Below are positions 24,041 through 38,707 of a DNA stretch of 64,000 nucleotides, in pieces. Position numbers and translations under genes: made by a program. The notes under the pieces are model-generated. The model made no database searches. It worked only from the letters and a program-made list of their open reading frames with translations, and was not told the origin of the DNA. Each line of letters starts with the position of its first letter. The first letter of the stretch is position 1. The DNA comes from Sphaerodactylus townsendi (Eukaryota), in assembly GCF_021028975.2 (NCBI RefSeq), contig NC_059435.1, positions 40,176,001 to 40,240,000 on the forward strand. The letters are read 5' to 3'.

Positions 24041-27000
24041 TCCACTTCAACTTTGTCTGTACTGCAACTAAAGATGGAAATAAAGGAAGGGTGGTCACCT
24101 GGTGCCTATTTTACAAGGCAGCCTGAGTCGAGCTAGTCAGGATGGTGAAATGCACTCGGATCTGCATAGATTTTAATCTGTGGTGCAGAATACACACTTA
24201 TCTTTTGTTATGATTGTGGACTGACCAGGCACATCACAGTTCAAGGCGCTTCTTTGGGGGGGGGGGGGGGGGGTGCTTGCTCCTGAGAACTATTTTGTTG
24301 TTGCTGTGTGGGAAGGGGCTGTCAAAGGGAGAAAAAAATTCCTCAGGAACTCTTTGCTTCCTGTCTTTGCAGGTGGTCTACTACTCTAATTAGAACTACT
24401 GACCCTCTTTTAAGACCAGTTGCTTTCTTCTTTTTTCTTCCTTTTTTAAAGCAACACAAGGTGCTCTATAATACTGGTTTCTTGCACTACCATACAGAAA
24501 GTCAGGTTTTGGTTGTATACATGCAGAGGGTTAAACTGTGGGAGCTTACCTGGGTAGGTGGGGAAGGTGGGGACGCCACAATGATAGAAAATAGGGACAG
24601 TCTCCTAGATTTATTTCTTTATTTTAGTAAGGGTATTGTAGTGTATGGTATGAAATGAGTGAACTGAAAGGCCATGTTAATGCACTTGATAGACCTGTCA
24701 AGCCAGTTAAAAATAGCAAGATTATACCCAATTAACTTCAGTTATCTTAGGACTGAGTTCAAACTCTCAAATACTACATAATATAGGCAATTAAAATAAA
24801 CCCTGGATACCTTTAATATCCAGCATTTGTGTAAAAGTGAGATTCCTATGGTGTCACTGATGCACTAACAATAAGATTACTTAGAAAACTAAAAACAAGC
24901 ATTTGACTGACACTGTTCTTCCAGAGGGTTGCAAGATATTTAGATGGTGCCATTGAGGAAATGAAGGAAATTTGGTGCTCTTGGAGATGTTTGAGATTTT
25001 ATTTATTCTTTTATTACATTTATATCCTGCTTTTTATGGGATCCCAGATGAAGGGCCTATAGTTCCCTTGAGGTTTCCCATCTAGCCACTGATCATATCT
25101 ATACTCACTTATGCTGGACCCCCATGTTTGCTGCGTATAAATTAGGCCAGATGAATTGTATGATTCTCAAGCAGAAGGTTTAAGGACCTTGAAACTACTG
25201 GAGAAGTCCAAGAGAAGGATGTTTACACTTTGCTTCTCAAAAACAACAGATAAATTATTTCCCATCCAAAACTGCAAGAATGGACTGTTCTGGAGGGAAA
25301 GGCATGGCTCCCATTTTTCCAGCTGCACTTCAGAATGCATCTGCGTAGAACAAGGTAACTTGTGCATATGAAGGTCTCTGGAAGTTATCAGTCAAATTTA
25401 GAATTCAAGTATTCCAAATGTTCTTTTATTGCCCACTTCTACTTGCAAGGAGCCCACTTTGTAAGTGCTGGAATGACGCATGATTGCATTTTGTGGATAA
25501 CACAAAAATGCAAAACAACATACTTTTGCACAACTGTTATCAACTGAAATGGGGCTTGGACAAAATAAACTCTGTGGGTTGTGATAACCTCTGCAAATGA
25601 ATGGATTGATCCACAGTGCTCTGCTTAAGTTATCCAGTTGAATTCCACTGACCCTGAATATTATTCAAGTGGAATAACTGATAGCAGAATCAATTTTGAG
25701 TCCTGCTTTTTTAATTGGGGGGGGGGGGGGGAAGATTGCAAAGTTTAATTTCTTTCTGTAGTTTTGAAAGCTTCTGTGAATGCAAAGGCCATGATAATTT
25801 AGTGCTAGTCAGAGTTTGGAATTCTTTAAAATCAGTTGCTTGCAGCTAGAACTTTTCAAGAACAAAACTAGCGGCCAAGCAAGCCAACAGATACAAATTG
25901 TTACTGAAGTAGCAATAGTCAGACAATGTATATATTCTGTGCACGCGTGTGTTCCATTAGACCTTTTTAAAATACATACTGAGAGAGCAAAGACTGGTAA
26001 GATCTGAGTTCAAAATCCTCCCAGTGCCAGTCATCCTGGCACTGTAACCCACTGCTCAGAATTATTGTGAGGGCAAAACATAAATGTTGCTCTGAACTCC
26101 CTCAAGGAAAGGAAAGATAATGAGACCATTGATACAGCAAGTAGTGAGAATCATGTGAATTCTTTATTTAGCCAACAAATTTATGTATCTTTTACATACC
26201 ACATAGCTTGTCTGTAACATATATGAAAATATGACCATATATGAATGACGTTTTTGGAGATGCAGAAATATATGCTCATTCTGCAAAAAGAAAATGCAGT
26301 CTGGTTTGGGATTCAGAATGCAGCTATTGTGGTACTTTGATTTCCAGTTTAATCCCGTGAATCTCCAAGGTTTTAATTTAGATAAGGTATCAGAGGGAGT
26401 AGAGAGAAAGGGGAGATAGCAGAGATACAGATATTAGATAGATATGTGTGATTCATCCAAGAAGAAAAATACCCCCCTCCCTTTCATACTGCAAGTAGGT
26501 GAAAATGTGCCACAAATATTTTCCTCCTAACAGGGCTTTGGCTGGTAAACATGCATTATCCCTTTTTTCTGGAATAAAAAAAGGGTAAATAGAATGCATT
26601 AAAGGTCAAATGTGACTTTATAAATTGTAGACTGCAAAAAACTCATCTTAAACTGGGGGGGGGGGACCTACTTTTTAATTGCCATGTGAGTTGCTTGGTC
26701 CTAAGAGAGAATTCCTGCAGCCATAATACTGATTATATGGATATTTAATAGCAGTAATAGCAGCAATGATAGCAGAAGCAGACTTAGTAGCAACCGTAGG
26801 GGTAGCAATAATGATTACTAAGATGTTAGCTCGACTTTTCCTTGTCTGAACTGACATTTTTTTTAAATACAGTGAGTATTGCATTTAGCAAAGGGTTTTT
26901 TCCCCCTGAAGGAAAATAATATATATAAAAAAAACTTGTCACTGATTCTGTTTGGAGGGTATAATAAAACGCCTTTTTGGCTCACATCAGAGAATGTCCA

Positions 27001-30000
27001 AAGGACATTCAGTCAGTTGATTAGTTCCTCTAAATATTTCATGGGCGAGTTCTGTGGACACTCTAGAAATACACTTTTGAGCAAGAAACAGAAGTTTGGG
27101 TTTCTTGGACTGCAGGGAGAATTTTAAAATAATTTCTGCACGCAGCATAGATTCCAGCAATCTGAGCTTGATTCCAGCAATCTGAGTGGGACTCTTGTCA
27201 TGACTGCAAATGATTCAGAACCTCCCCTAGATTTTGCAAGTGACCTCAAGTTTTTTTTAAAAAAACCTCTTCCCTTCGGGGGTGCGTTCTGATCCTCCAA
27301 GAAGGGCATCGGCAGAACTTTAGCAGACATTCACTCTCCATCCAAAAATGGTTCACTGCAGAGAAAATAATTTAAATCGGATTCGCTTTCACCGGAATAT
27401 ATTTAGGGTTGCCTTAATCCTGCATCAGCTTCCAAGAGTTTTCTCGCTTGATTAAAAGAGCTTACGCGGCTCCCGATTTCAGGGATGGATTTTATTAGTG
27501 CCTTAACTTAACCTTTCATTAGCCTATTTGCTTAAGGAGGAAACACGCTTCTATGTATGGTGAGGATTTCTTGACCATGAAATGTATGCCATAGTTCCTT
27601 TAAGGTAAATCCATAACCCTGTTAAATAGACAAGTCGATTTTACTCTTACTTGAATGCGGGGGGGGGGGGGTTGAACACATTAACTTGGGAGTCAGCCCA
27701 AATGTTGTAAAACAGGAATTGCTCCGAAGTTAGCAGGTTTGGGTCTAAAATAACCTTAAATCTGACTACTACAGGGTCAGTGGATCGGGTCCACTGCGCT
27801 TTCCTCCACCGCCATCCTAATCCCGCATTACTGTGTCCTATGTAACCTGCAGGAGACTTTAGCAAGCGCACGTCTACCCGAAAGGCAACCGGTCTTAATT
27901 TATTCTCGTCGGATTGCCTTTCTTAATTCCTAATGAAGGATGGGGGGGTAGGAAATTGCGCGTGAACAAAGGGCTCCGTTTTCTGCTTGGTGGTGCCTTC
28001 CATGCGCCTACAGTCTTTCACTTTGGTAATAGAAATGCCCCGACGTGCTTGTAGGTGTCTCGTGCAGGGGGTGTGCCTATTATTTATTGCCTTCATTTAC
28101 CCTTAAACTGTTGGCACATATATTTCCCGGTACAAATTGCCGTTCTTGTATCGCGCTTCCCTCTCTCCCCCATCTGCCGCCTGCCTCCTAAAATACATGC
28201 GTAATATCTGCTTTATAAGAACATCGATCAAAAACGAAATCCGTTCCGGCAACGCCGAAGCGTGACCCCGGCCGAGCGGCAGGTTCGGTCGCAGAGGCCC
28301 TGCACGACCGGGAATGCCCAAGCAGGGCGTGGGTGGATTTTGCCCTGAGGTTCTTGAACGGCTCTAGAGAAGCAGTCGGATTTAATCCCCTTCCAGAAGC
28401 ATTTTTTTTTAAAAGAAAAAAACAGGAAAAGAATAAGATCTTCATAAATTCTTCAAATTGACTTAGGTCTAAATAATATATTTTTCAAAAAATCTTGTAG
28501 GTAGGTATGTATCCTCTAGTCTTGCTGTTTTATTTTGAAGGGGGGGAAACATGCCATAATCCCCTTCAGCCCCCACCTCAATTAGTAACTTCTCCCTTGG
28601 AATGGACAAATATTTAACGCAGGGAAACAGACATCACGGCTCTGAAGTATTCCACGGGGGTGTTTCTCTCTGTGGGTTTCTCATGGCCGCACTTAAGACC
28701 CGCCAGCATCAAATATGTAAATGAATGCAGTCCTCAAACTCAGCCCATCTCCCTCAGCAGCCAGCCTGTCCTCTTTGTAAGTTTCCTTTTCAGGATTCCT
28801 AAAAAGCAGAAAAGGTCTAAATATTGATCGGAAGAGATAGGTCAGTAAAAACAAACGAACACACATGAAATCCTTTCACTCTCAAGAAAAGGCCGGGCGG
28901 AGGGTGTCTCTGGGAAACACGAAAGGTGTTTTGCAACAGGAAATAGCATTTGACAGCAGTTGATTTCCTAGAAGGAATTAGTCGATGCGAATCAATATGC
29001 AACGCATCACCTCCCACCATAGAGACATCAGCTTTAAAATACCCCGTGTTTTGTGACTCCCGCCGAATACAAAGCATTTTGCGCTTTACAGGAAATAATT
29101 GTTTGTTTGGGAGGGGGGAGAGGAGGCCATTGGTAATTATTGAGGTCTATGAACTGTGAATTCAAATACCGTTTTAACACAGAAGTGGACAATTTGGCTG
29201 CTGAGAGGGAGGAAAGTGCTTAATGTTTACTGTGGGAAAGGCATCAATTAACAAGGACGAGTAGGCATGATGGATCGGGGCCAATATGAAAGTTTTCGAA
29301 AAAGATCCAGAAAAGACCTTCTTGGAAATGAGGAGGGTTCTGTGGTACCAACGAAAGTCCGTTCTGGATCCGAAGGAGCAAAGCCCGCCCCACAGAGGTG
29401 AATGAGCTTGTTCGAGGGTCACTTTCGCTTTCGTCTTCTTCCCGTGCCCCCTTCGCTGCTTTTTTTCTGCGTGGGGGAGAGAGGGAGGGAGGGAGATTAG
29501 GAGGGTGGTCACATCCAGAATGAAAGCTGCTGGACAGTTTCTAATCAATGGCGGGCGGCCCTCTGTTTTTTTTTCTTTTTGAGAGAGAGGGAGAGAGGGA
29601 GAGAAGAGTCCTTTCTCTCGTTAGTATTGGCCTGAATCCTAATCTGCAAGATGCGGGGGGAGGGGGGAGGAGACGTCCCTTCCTTCAATTGGTGAAATAG
29701 ACCAAATATGGCGTGCAGGAAAACCCAGTGGGCTTTGCCTCTCCAGCCTCCGGTTTCCGATGGAAGATCCCCAACGAGAGCATCTTCTCCTCTGCCCGCC
29801 TTCCCGGCTGGCCTCTTCTCCCTCCCCCCGTCCCTCCCCTCCGCCCCCCTCGTGAGAGAAAGCGCCCCCTCTTCCACGTCGGAAAGGTCAAGTCCTACCA
29901 CGCTCAATCCCCGGTCATTACTGAACGCTGTTGACCCCGGGGGAATCGGGCGGGCGGGCGGGCGGGCGGGCAGGGAGGGAGGGAGGGAGGGAGGGAGAGA

Positions 30001-30627
30001 TGAAGCGTCGGGGTGTCCCGTAATCAAAAACACGCGGACCTTCCTCGCAGGCAGAGGAGGGGACAGGAGGGACACGCGGGATTACGCCGCCCTCCAAGCC
30101 GGTCGCCCTCCTCACCTGATAAATCGCCCTCGGGACTTTAATCGGGAGGATTTGGGAGGAAAGAGGCGGCATTAGCGGGCCGTGTTCGGACCGAGGCCCG
30201 AGCGAGAAGAGGAATTAACCCTTGGGGCTCGGCTGTGCTGATCGTTGGGGGATTCAACCCGGCGACTGTTCTCCCTGGACCCCCGGGGACGAGGCAGCGC
30301 TGACAGAGGGGGGTGTCTCTCCTCCCCTCCTCTAAAGTGCCCTTGATCCGGAGCTTTGGAGGCCAGCGTGGGAACCTGCCGGCCAGCCTTCCCTGGCATG
30401 CTCTGCGCCAGCAGACTGGAGCCCGGAGACCGGGTAAGCCTCTTCCCTGACTTGATTAGAAGGACGTGGTCCAACCACTTCTCTTTCCCCTGCTGAATTC
30501 AAAACGGGTCAAGGTTTCTACAATGGTGTCCTTTGAAGTCTCTCTCTGTCACCTTCTGTTCCGGTTGTCGTCCCCCCTCCCCCGACTTTGTCACCCCAAA
30601 TCCTGCCTTTGAACTCCTTCTCTGTCT

Positions 30628-30630
<3 letters not shown>

Positions 30631-30687
<57 letters not shown>
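30631..30687. repeat. (CA)~28 microsatellite
   Basis: Read directly. Confidence 0.95.
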
Positions 30688-30690
<3 letters not shown>

Positions 30691-33600
30691 TTTCCCCAGC
30701 CCAGCTAGGTATCCTGGTTCATACCTTACATAAGAATATTACATAAGGAACCGGGATTCTTTTTAAAATCTGGATCGTGGCCATCGGGCATCAATCAAAA
30801 GGATTAAATCTAATTTATTTCCACAAACCCATCCCCCCAGCAAATGTTGCTAGCAGCACGAAATAGTGCTGACACCAGCCGAAACAAAAGGGTAAAAGGT
30901 GGGAAGCTTTGATTTTTCCGGGATTTGCTTACGGGTAAAAGGAGGGGTGGGGGGAGGACGACAGAAAAGAAAACTGCTTACATAGGAAGGGAGAAGGCGT
31001 CAGCATATCAGTACTTTACTGCTTTCGAGATTTCTGTTGGGTATCCGAATTCTTCTCGTTGTCGTCGTCGTCGTCCCCCCTCCCCCCCCCCCATTTCAAA
31101 TTGCTGTCAATGGAAGAAGTGGGGAGGCGTCGTTTCTGGCTGTTGTTTATTATTTTTCTCAGCAAAGCTTTTTTGCCTCCTTTTAATCTAAAATGTCAAA
31201 ATATGAGCGATGCTTTCATACTATAAAAACAGAACTGGTCAGTACATCCTCCAGCGTGGTGATTTATCTCCAAGACAACCCAGCATTCACAGGAAAAACT
31301 AGGAAAAAACCCAAACGCATAAATGTCGCTGAATCGACTTTCTTTTGTTGTTGTAATGTAGAACATACAGAAACGGTCATTTAAGCACCCTTGTTTTGTA
31401 CCCTGAGACTTATCTTCAGAATGTCTTTGGGTGTGTGTGGTTTGTTTCGCAAACCTTGTTTTGGAGTGTAGACCAAACGTTTGTCTAAGGTCAAATACGA
31501 TTCATAACCCCTTCCCCCCATAAAGCACTCATTTGGAGGCTATCTAAGCGGGGTGACCCGGGAGATGAGGAGGGGTATTCTGTTTTCTCCTAATAGTTAT
31601 GTATTTGGTCATTCTTGAAGCCAAGGAGGCACCCGATGGCCCTCCATATAATTGAATCTAGGTCTCGGATCAGGCAAGTGGGCCCACGGCCTATAAGGTC
31701 ATGTTAGCCATATTCCGCAGAAGGGGATTCTTGAACCCTCACTGTTACATTCTATGAGCGTCCGGGCCCACAAGGTGTTTTCATTTGGCCAACGTAGATG
31801 GAATTCAATCTTAAACGATGGGATCGAATCCTAAAATGGGAGCCCTATCCTAAGCGTTGTTACTCAGGAGTAAGCGGCCACTGATTCCGTGATACTGCCT
31901 TTCAAGTAATTAGTGGCTTTGCTAGGAAGAAAATCTAGTTATGCTCTTTGGGGATTACTTTGTTAAATGTGCGGAGGAGGATTAAGGCCTTAATTCTGTG
32001 TCGCTGGTTTGGCTTTTGCCTTTTGTCTGGACTCGGAGTAGTTGAGTGGCATGGCAAAGACCCGCCACTTTTTTGTTTTTTGTGTGTGTGTGTGTTTAAG
32101 GTCTTCTAACATGCCTATGTAAAGGTAGTGAGAGGTATGGAAGCTCCTTGATGGTTGGAAGGTGTCAGATGGGTCTTCCAAGAATGGCTTTTCTAGTATT
32201 TGAGCAACGGAAGAAGAAATCTGTGTCTTTGCTTTGCACGTCAATGAAAGAGAGAACCTGGGGGAAAATGTCTTAGAACAGGTGGTGCAATTGCACACAC
32301 GTCAAAATATCTCCACATTAATAAACGTTGTTTCGGTGCTAATAATCTAACATAGGCTTTTACAGTCAGCAGACAAGCCGACAGACAGAAGTACGTGAAT
32401 GACGGGAGGGGGAGGGGGCCGGGCACAGATCACAACCACTTTCGTTAGAGGTTTTGTTCCAGTTCGGTGGATTAACAAATTTAAGGTCAAGTTCAAGGCA
32501 TCACCTGGGATAATATTTCTAAATATGTCATACCGGGAATATTGTCCTGAGTTGTTCTTGCTGTTGATTGACCAAGGGAAACCCAGGCAAGAAGCAAATA
32601 AAACAGAGGACTTTAACCAAACCCGCACCAGGCCCTAAATTCTTGACTGGTGGTTGAGCATGATCCTGGATTTTCTTTAAAAAATTAAAAAAATGGGTAC
32701 TTGAAGCTCGAAGCTTCTGGAGAGGGAAGGAGGAGGATGGTCTTGAAAGGGAATCGTTCCTGCAGAACGGAAGAAAGCGGGAATGACGTCGCTCTAATGA
32801 TAACAACAATCAACTGGTGCTTTTCGTGGGCCGTGGCAATGAACATGGGACGAATTCCGGGAATAGGAGTGTGGCTTGTTTGAATGGAAATCTGGCCTTT
32901 TCTTTTTCTTCCCCCCTAAACAAGCAGGTCTACGCACCCTAGTTTTTGCATTTGTGTTTAGATATTTAAAATATTGTGTGTCTTTGCTTTGCACTTTTCT
33001 TTGCACATTTTTTTGGGGGGGGGAATGGGACATGTAATAGAGGGAGTATGTGAAACAGCATGCAAGATACTGTTAGTCTGTTATAAAAGGACTTCCAGAA
33101 TCACAGAAATCACTTCTTGCTCCCTATTTCTTTGCGAAGTGCAAATGATCGCACACTATACAAGAATTTATCAGTGTGAAGGTTTTCTGTGTTTGGCGAC
33201 TTACAGGAGAAGAACACTCACGCGGTCATAATGATCTCTTAAAACACTTTATTTTAATTACATTTTATTACATTTATGTTACATAGATGGAAAGATTGTG
33301 ATACAGTAAAACGCCACAAGTACAAAGAATGTCAACAAAGAACATCAGTTTTCTAAAAGCAAAACGGGAGCCATGAGAAAAGAGATAGAAAAGGAAATGT
33401 AATGTAAACTTCATTCAAAGCGTACTTCTAAAATGGGGAGAAGTGATTAATAATAATATTACAGTCTGTAGGAGGATAAATTACAAATCTCTAATCCACA
33501 TTAGTTTGAGAAAGGATAAAGACGACAAGAATTTCACAAAAGATGAAGTCTATGAATTGAACAATTATATGATATTTAATTACTCTTCCCCTTGATAAAG

Positions 33601-34659
33601 AAGGGTGTTTTCAAAAATAATATTCCAACGGACCTTAGTGATTTCTCTTAACAGCCCCAGTATAAAAGTATTACTGGAATGAAATGTGTTTGGGCAGGAT
33701 ACAGGTCAATTTAAGCATATTTAAGTCCCCTTTGTTTCAATGGGAGAATTTATCATGCATTTAAATTTCTTCTAGTTTAAACAAGGGGTCCTTGAGAAAA
33801 TAATTACCACTGACTTCCAAGTGATTCTTCTCCTCCTATTAGAATTGGGTCTGGGGTAAAACATTTAATTGAAAGTAACCTATGTTATAATCAACCGTTT
33901 GCTCCCAAATATATGAAAACATATACATTAAGAGAACGTATAAATCAGAATAAATTAGCATTACTGCAGAAAGCAATGCAAAGAGAAAGTTGTCTATTAA
34001 TTGTATACAGTTTGGAATTAAAGATGTACACTTTTCTAATATAAATATCATGGGTAACCGACAGCAGATTCAAGAACTTTATTTTGTTAATATTCATGAC
34101 GTGCTAGAGAAACAGGGAAGAAAACAATATTTTAAGCATATTATAAATATGTGAACTCTGGAAACATGTTTGTGGGGGGCCCGCAATCCATGGGGAATTA
34201 AGCGCCTTTAAGTACCGTAGGTAGAGATGGGATCACAAGCAGAAATTCTACCTACTTGAAAAAGGTTTGTTTGAACAACAATAAGACACCAAAATTAAAA
34301 TAACGGGTGAAAGAATGGTTTGATGATGCTATAATTAGTATTTGACAAACTGTGCTACAAATGGCACAACATTGCTTTCATTTGTAAAGAAAAGCCACGG
34401 ATTCGAAAAACAGCTTTCAGTAGTTTCCATTGAAGCACAGACAACCTAAAAGTAGTATGTTGCAGGAAAAAAAAAACACCTTCTGTATGTTCTTGTATTT
34501 GCTTTTGGGCCAGTACAAAATATCTAAGTACTGTATTACAAATACACATGCCTCGCCATTAGACATCTACAGCAGACACACTTATGCGAACAACATATTG
34601 AACAGGTTATCATTACAAATCCCCTAGACTGAAAATAATTTCCTTGGAATTCATTTCCT

Positions 34660-34662
<3 letters not shown>

Positions 34663-34706
<44 letters not shown>
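34663..34706. repeat. (GT)~22 microsatellite
   Basis: Read directly. Confidence 0.95.
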
Positions 34707-34708
<2 letters not shown>

Positions 34709-37700
34709 CATTTCAGTTAGATTTTCGAGCATGATATGCGCCGAATGGCGAAGTAGTTCTGTAGCCCGGTTTTGTCACAAATACATTTTGCCGAATATAC
34801 ACGCACATCTGTACGTATAAAGCAGATATCTTTCAGAATACCTTGTAGGTAAGAAAAAAGCGGTATTTGCACATTAACGAGTGGAGACATTAAGTAAAAC
34901 ACATTGAATTGCGCCTTTAAAAAAACACACACGAAAAAAGCATTCATATTCTTCCTTTACATGCCTCCCTGTTCCCGTTTTGCTAATTATCTGTGGCATC
35001 CTCTAATCTCCACCACCTCGATTGAACAGATAGGCTGGTGTCGCCATTGCGAGATCTGTCCCTCTATTTTCCCATGCTCCTCGTTATACGCTGCACGCAA
35101 CAACAGTTGCGAATTTGCTCTCCGAACTTGGATGCCTGCTGCTATTTTCAGGAGCATGTCCAAGGTAACCGGGGAGGGGGCCAAGCTGGAGAAGTTCCCT
35201 CTTCCCCTCTCCCTTCCCCCAGCCCCCTCACCAGCCAGGAAGTCGCAAATATTGCATTGCGGGGGCATTTCGGGGAGAAAGCATACAAAAAGCCTACTTA
35301 TGGATTCTAAAAATAGCCACCTAGCAGCAGGCTCGCCATCCTCACCCACCACACTTTGGAGGCTCCCACCTCCACTCACTGCCTTTTACTTAATAGTGAA
35401 GGCAGCCAAGAATTGTGCCCGGGGTGCCCTCTTCATCCTAGACGAAGGGCACCCTTAGGTCCTTTCAGTCACGCTCTCGAACGGCTGCGCAAAGGTAAAC
35501 GTTTGGTGGGGTGCCCTGCCGTCCTTCCTTTAAAAGCCCTTTCATTAAAACGCAGGTTTCGAAAACCTCCAAACATCACCCGGCCTCTGAAAAAGCCATA
35601 ACCTATAATCCACGCTAGACAGGAGGAGGCTGAGGCTGCAGACAGCTCCAGCGCCTTGATTCATTCCGGATCAGTCTCCTCTCCCTCCCCCCTCCCTCCT
35701 CCCTCCCTCCCTCCCTCCCTCCCAATCCTTAATTTTCTTCTTTGTCTGGAAGGATTAATCAGAGAAGACTCGCGGGGGAAATGGGGAGCCGAAGGGCTCC
35801 AGTGCCTGGCCTTGCAGGCCTTCTCCTCTCAAACCTGCCCTCCCACCCCGCCCCTTACTGTGTGCCCACAGCTGCCGCGGATCTCGTGATGGCAAGGAGG
35901 GAATCCACGTAGGTGGCGGCTCCTGTCCTGACGCTGGTCTGCTCTGCCGTTGTCTGCTCCAAGGCAAGCTGAAGGTGACTGCCAAAAGTGCCATAAAATC
36001 ACCCCCCCCCCCGTCAGTCTAGAACTGTTTTCGGTTCTCCTAGACGCGCCGGGTTCAATTAGAGCTTGAAAAAGACCCCCTCATACAAGTGCAAGAAAGT
36101 TGTTTGCCACAGCAGGAGAGGCGGGGCCAGTCTGCGCAATGGTGGCGCCTTTGTATTCCTGTGTGGAGGGATCCTTCAGAGATTCATCCTTGAGTTGGGA
36201 GAAAAGGGAAGGGAGTGAAACCATTTTTTCATATCAAGTGTTGGAGCAATGGAAGGATAGAAAAGACAACCGTTCCAAAAAAACCCTCCCCCCCAAAAAA
36301 AAATCTGGGCAGAGAGAGAAGAAAAGCAAAAAACCCACTGGTTACAACCAATTGGCAAGCATCAGTGCCGCATATTTCTGCTCCTTCCCCCTCCTGCCCA
36401 AAAGAAAAGAAATAAAACCATTTTATAGTCCCACACAGACCTAAGCAATCTGTAAATAGTCCTTTGATGACACGCTTATCTCCTATCTTCATCCACTCTC
36501 TTGGCAAATAGGACAAGCAGGGGAGATTAATTAATAATTTCAAGTTCAGCTCACAAACGTTGAAGGCCCATAAAAGTTCTTGCAGCGATCCAAAATAAAG
36601 AGTTCATTAAAGGGATATGTCCAAAGCCTTTGATTTGTGATTGGTAGCCCTTGTAAAGCAGAGAGGGAGAGAGAAAGAAAATAGAAAGAAAGTTGGGGGT
36701 GCGGTGGGGGGGCTAAAAGGCATATAAACATGCTAATACATTCGTTTACTCCACTACAAAGTAATTACTGGGTAATATTAATATTTACTGCTTAGTATAG
36801 TTAAATCGAACATAGGGAAAATATATGATGAGAGTATTTTTTTTCCCAGGATCCAACATGATTAGATTTGTTATTGAGTCAGTTAGGATAAGCTCAGCAA
36901 TAAATAAACAAATCGATCTTGACATTTAAATCCTCAGGATCGCCAGTCTGTACAGTAGAACTGTTACTTGCCGGAATATAAATACAGAAGTACATCTCGG
37001 GGAACAGTAGTGTGTATTTTTTAAAAAAGTAAGACTTTTTAGTCTACGTTTTTTTTCCCCATTCCAAATTTCCTTTCCGGGGATTTTGAAAGGTCCACCC
37101 CCTCCCACCTCCCAGAAAGATGGGCAATCTGTTGGGTTTCCAGACTATTCCAAATCCAGAATCAGTTGTTTGTGGCCTTTCCCATTTTGATAATTAGATC
37201 CAGCTATCTAACCTTCCTTTCAAGCATCAAAATAGCGCATCTGTACAGACGAACCGGAGTGGCTTTCTGTAGGTGGTGTGTAGTTTGGCCCTGTTTTTCT
37301 GCTTTCTTTGGCTTTCCCTTGGTTGAGGGTGTGTGCTCCTGTTTCTGCCAGCCAAACACTGTATGTGCAGCGCTACCCTGTGCAAGTTTACTCAAAAGCA
37401 AATGCCTCTGACTCTAGCCGGTCTTACTCCCAAGTATTTGCCCTGGACTGATTGAGACTCTTCTTCTCTATACGACCGTCCTTCCTAAAACTGCCCTTCC
37501 CTTGGTTAAAACCTTAAGCAAATTCTTTCAGCAGGGCAGGCCAAGCATCTCTCAAATTCTCTCCTGTTTTGTCTCACCAGCATGTTAAACTTTGACATCC
37601 AAGTTCTGTCTGAGAAAGGAGACATATTGGAAGAGGTAGTGAATCCAATGCAATCAGCCAGGCTTACTTCCGAGTAATACGTTTCAGAATCGGCGTGGTG

Positions 37701-38569
37701 GGTCGATCACTGAATCCCCCCTCCCCCGCCTTGGTTTCTCCAGCCTTTAGCTGCACTGCGCTGGGCTTGTGCTCTTTTTACCTGGAGGACTGCAATTCCA
37801 AAGATTTCCTGGCATTGCAAGGAACAATAAAGACCCATAAAGACCTCGGCTTTCCCGCTTGAGGGAGTGGGGGGGCTGCCGAGAGTGGGAAGCTTGGCCA
37901 GGCGAGCATCAAATATCACCAAATACCTGGAGCAGAGCTGCGATGCAGCCTCCCGGGCTATCTGAGGTTAACATGTAGGAAAGGGAAGGCAGGCGCTGGA
38001 CGCTTCGGAAATGAACGTGAAGGCGAGCATGTCATCCATTCACCATGAAAATCAGTACAGACTTGACCCCGGCACATTCTTCCCACCGTGTCTTCAGTCA
38101 AAGAGCCCGCGGGGCTGGGCGAGCGTCTTCCGCAGCAGCACTTCGTCATCGGGACCGGGGGCTTTCGGAGCCAGGCTTCCCAGAAGCCAGATCTGGGCAG
38201 AATTATAAGATTACCCGGCACCTCGCCGGAGCCCTTCGACAAGCTTGCGAAAGGGGAGGGGGATCTACGCGCGTTTCTAATTGCATCCCCTGCTTAATGG
38301 GCTCGAGATTTCCTGATAGGAGAGAGGGGGCTGGTGGAAAAGGGAGAGAAAGGAGCATGCTTTGAGGCAGACGGACGGACAGACATGCAAGCAGAGGGGG
38401 CACGCGTCTTTCTCTCCCCCCTCCCCCTTCTAATCATCCACGAGGCCTGCGTGAGTTACATTTAAGATTTCTTGGCTTTGGCCAAAAAGACCCAAGTGAC
38501 GATCTGTTGCTTCCCTTGAGATGGCTACAAAGAGGGGGAGAGGGGAAGAGAGGGGGGGGGGCGTACTCG

Positions 38570-38700
38570 CAGCTTGTCAATTTCAACATTTGGTCACATG
38601 ACCAGCGCCTCCCTGCTAAGGATGGGGATAGATTTCCACGTCAGCTTACGTCTCCAAATTTCTTACTTCACGGATCTGCTTCAAAGAGGCAGCTGCATTA
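38570..38700 (+). promoter_or_regulatory. HOXA11 proximal promoter and 5' UTR conserved block
   Basis: GGTCACATGACC extended E-box (38592-38603) and CCACGTCAGCTTACGTC ATF/CRE-like half sites directly upstream of the CDS; recognisable as the conserved HOXA11 leader. Confidence 0.65.
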
Positions 38701-38707
38701 GAGAATC

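Noticed and set aside
24995-26090. Possible 5S-derived SINE (about 25070-25115) and MIR-like fragment (about 26000-26075)
   Set aside because: Similarity is too weak to call by eye.
1-38000. HoxA14 or HoxA12 pseudogene remnants, or EVX1 exons
   Set aside because: No additional WFQNRR-like or homeobox-like remnant was seen; a sensitive HMM search would be needed to exclude very decayed copies.
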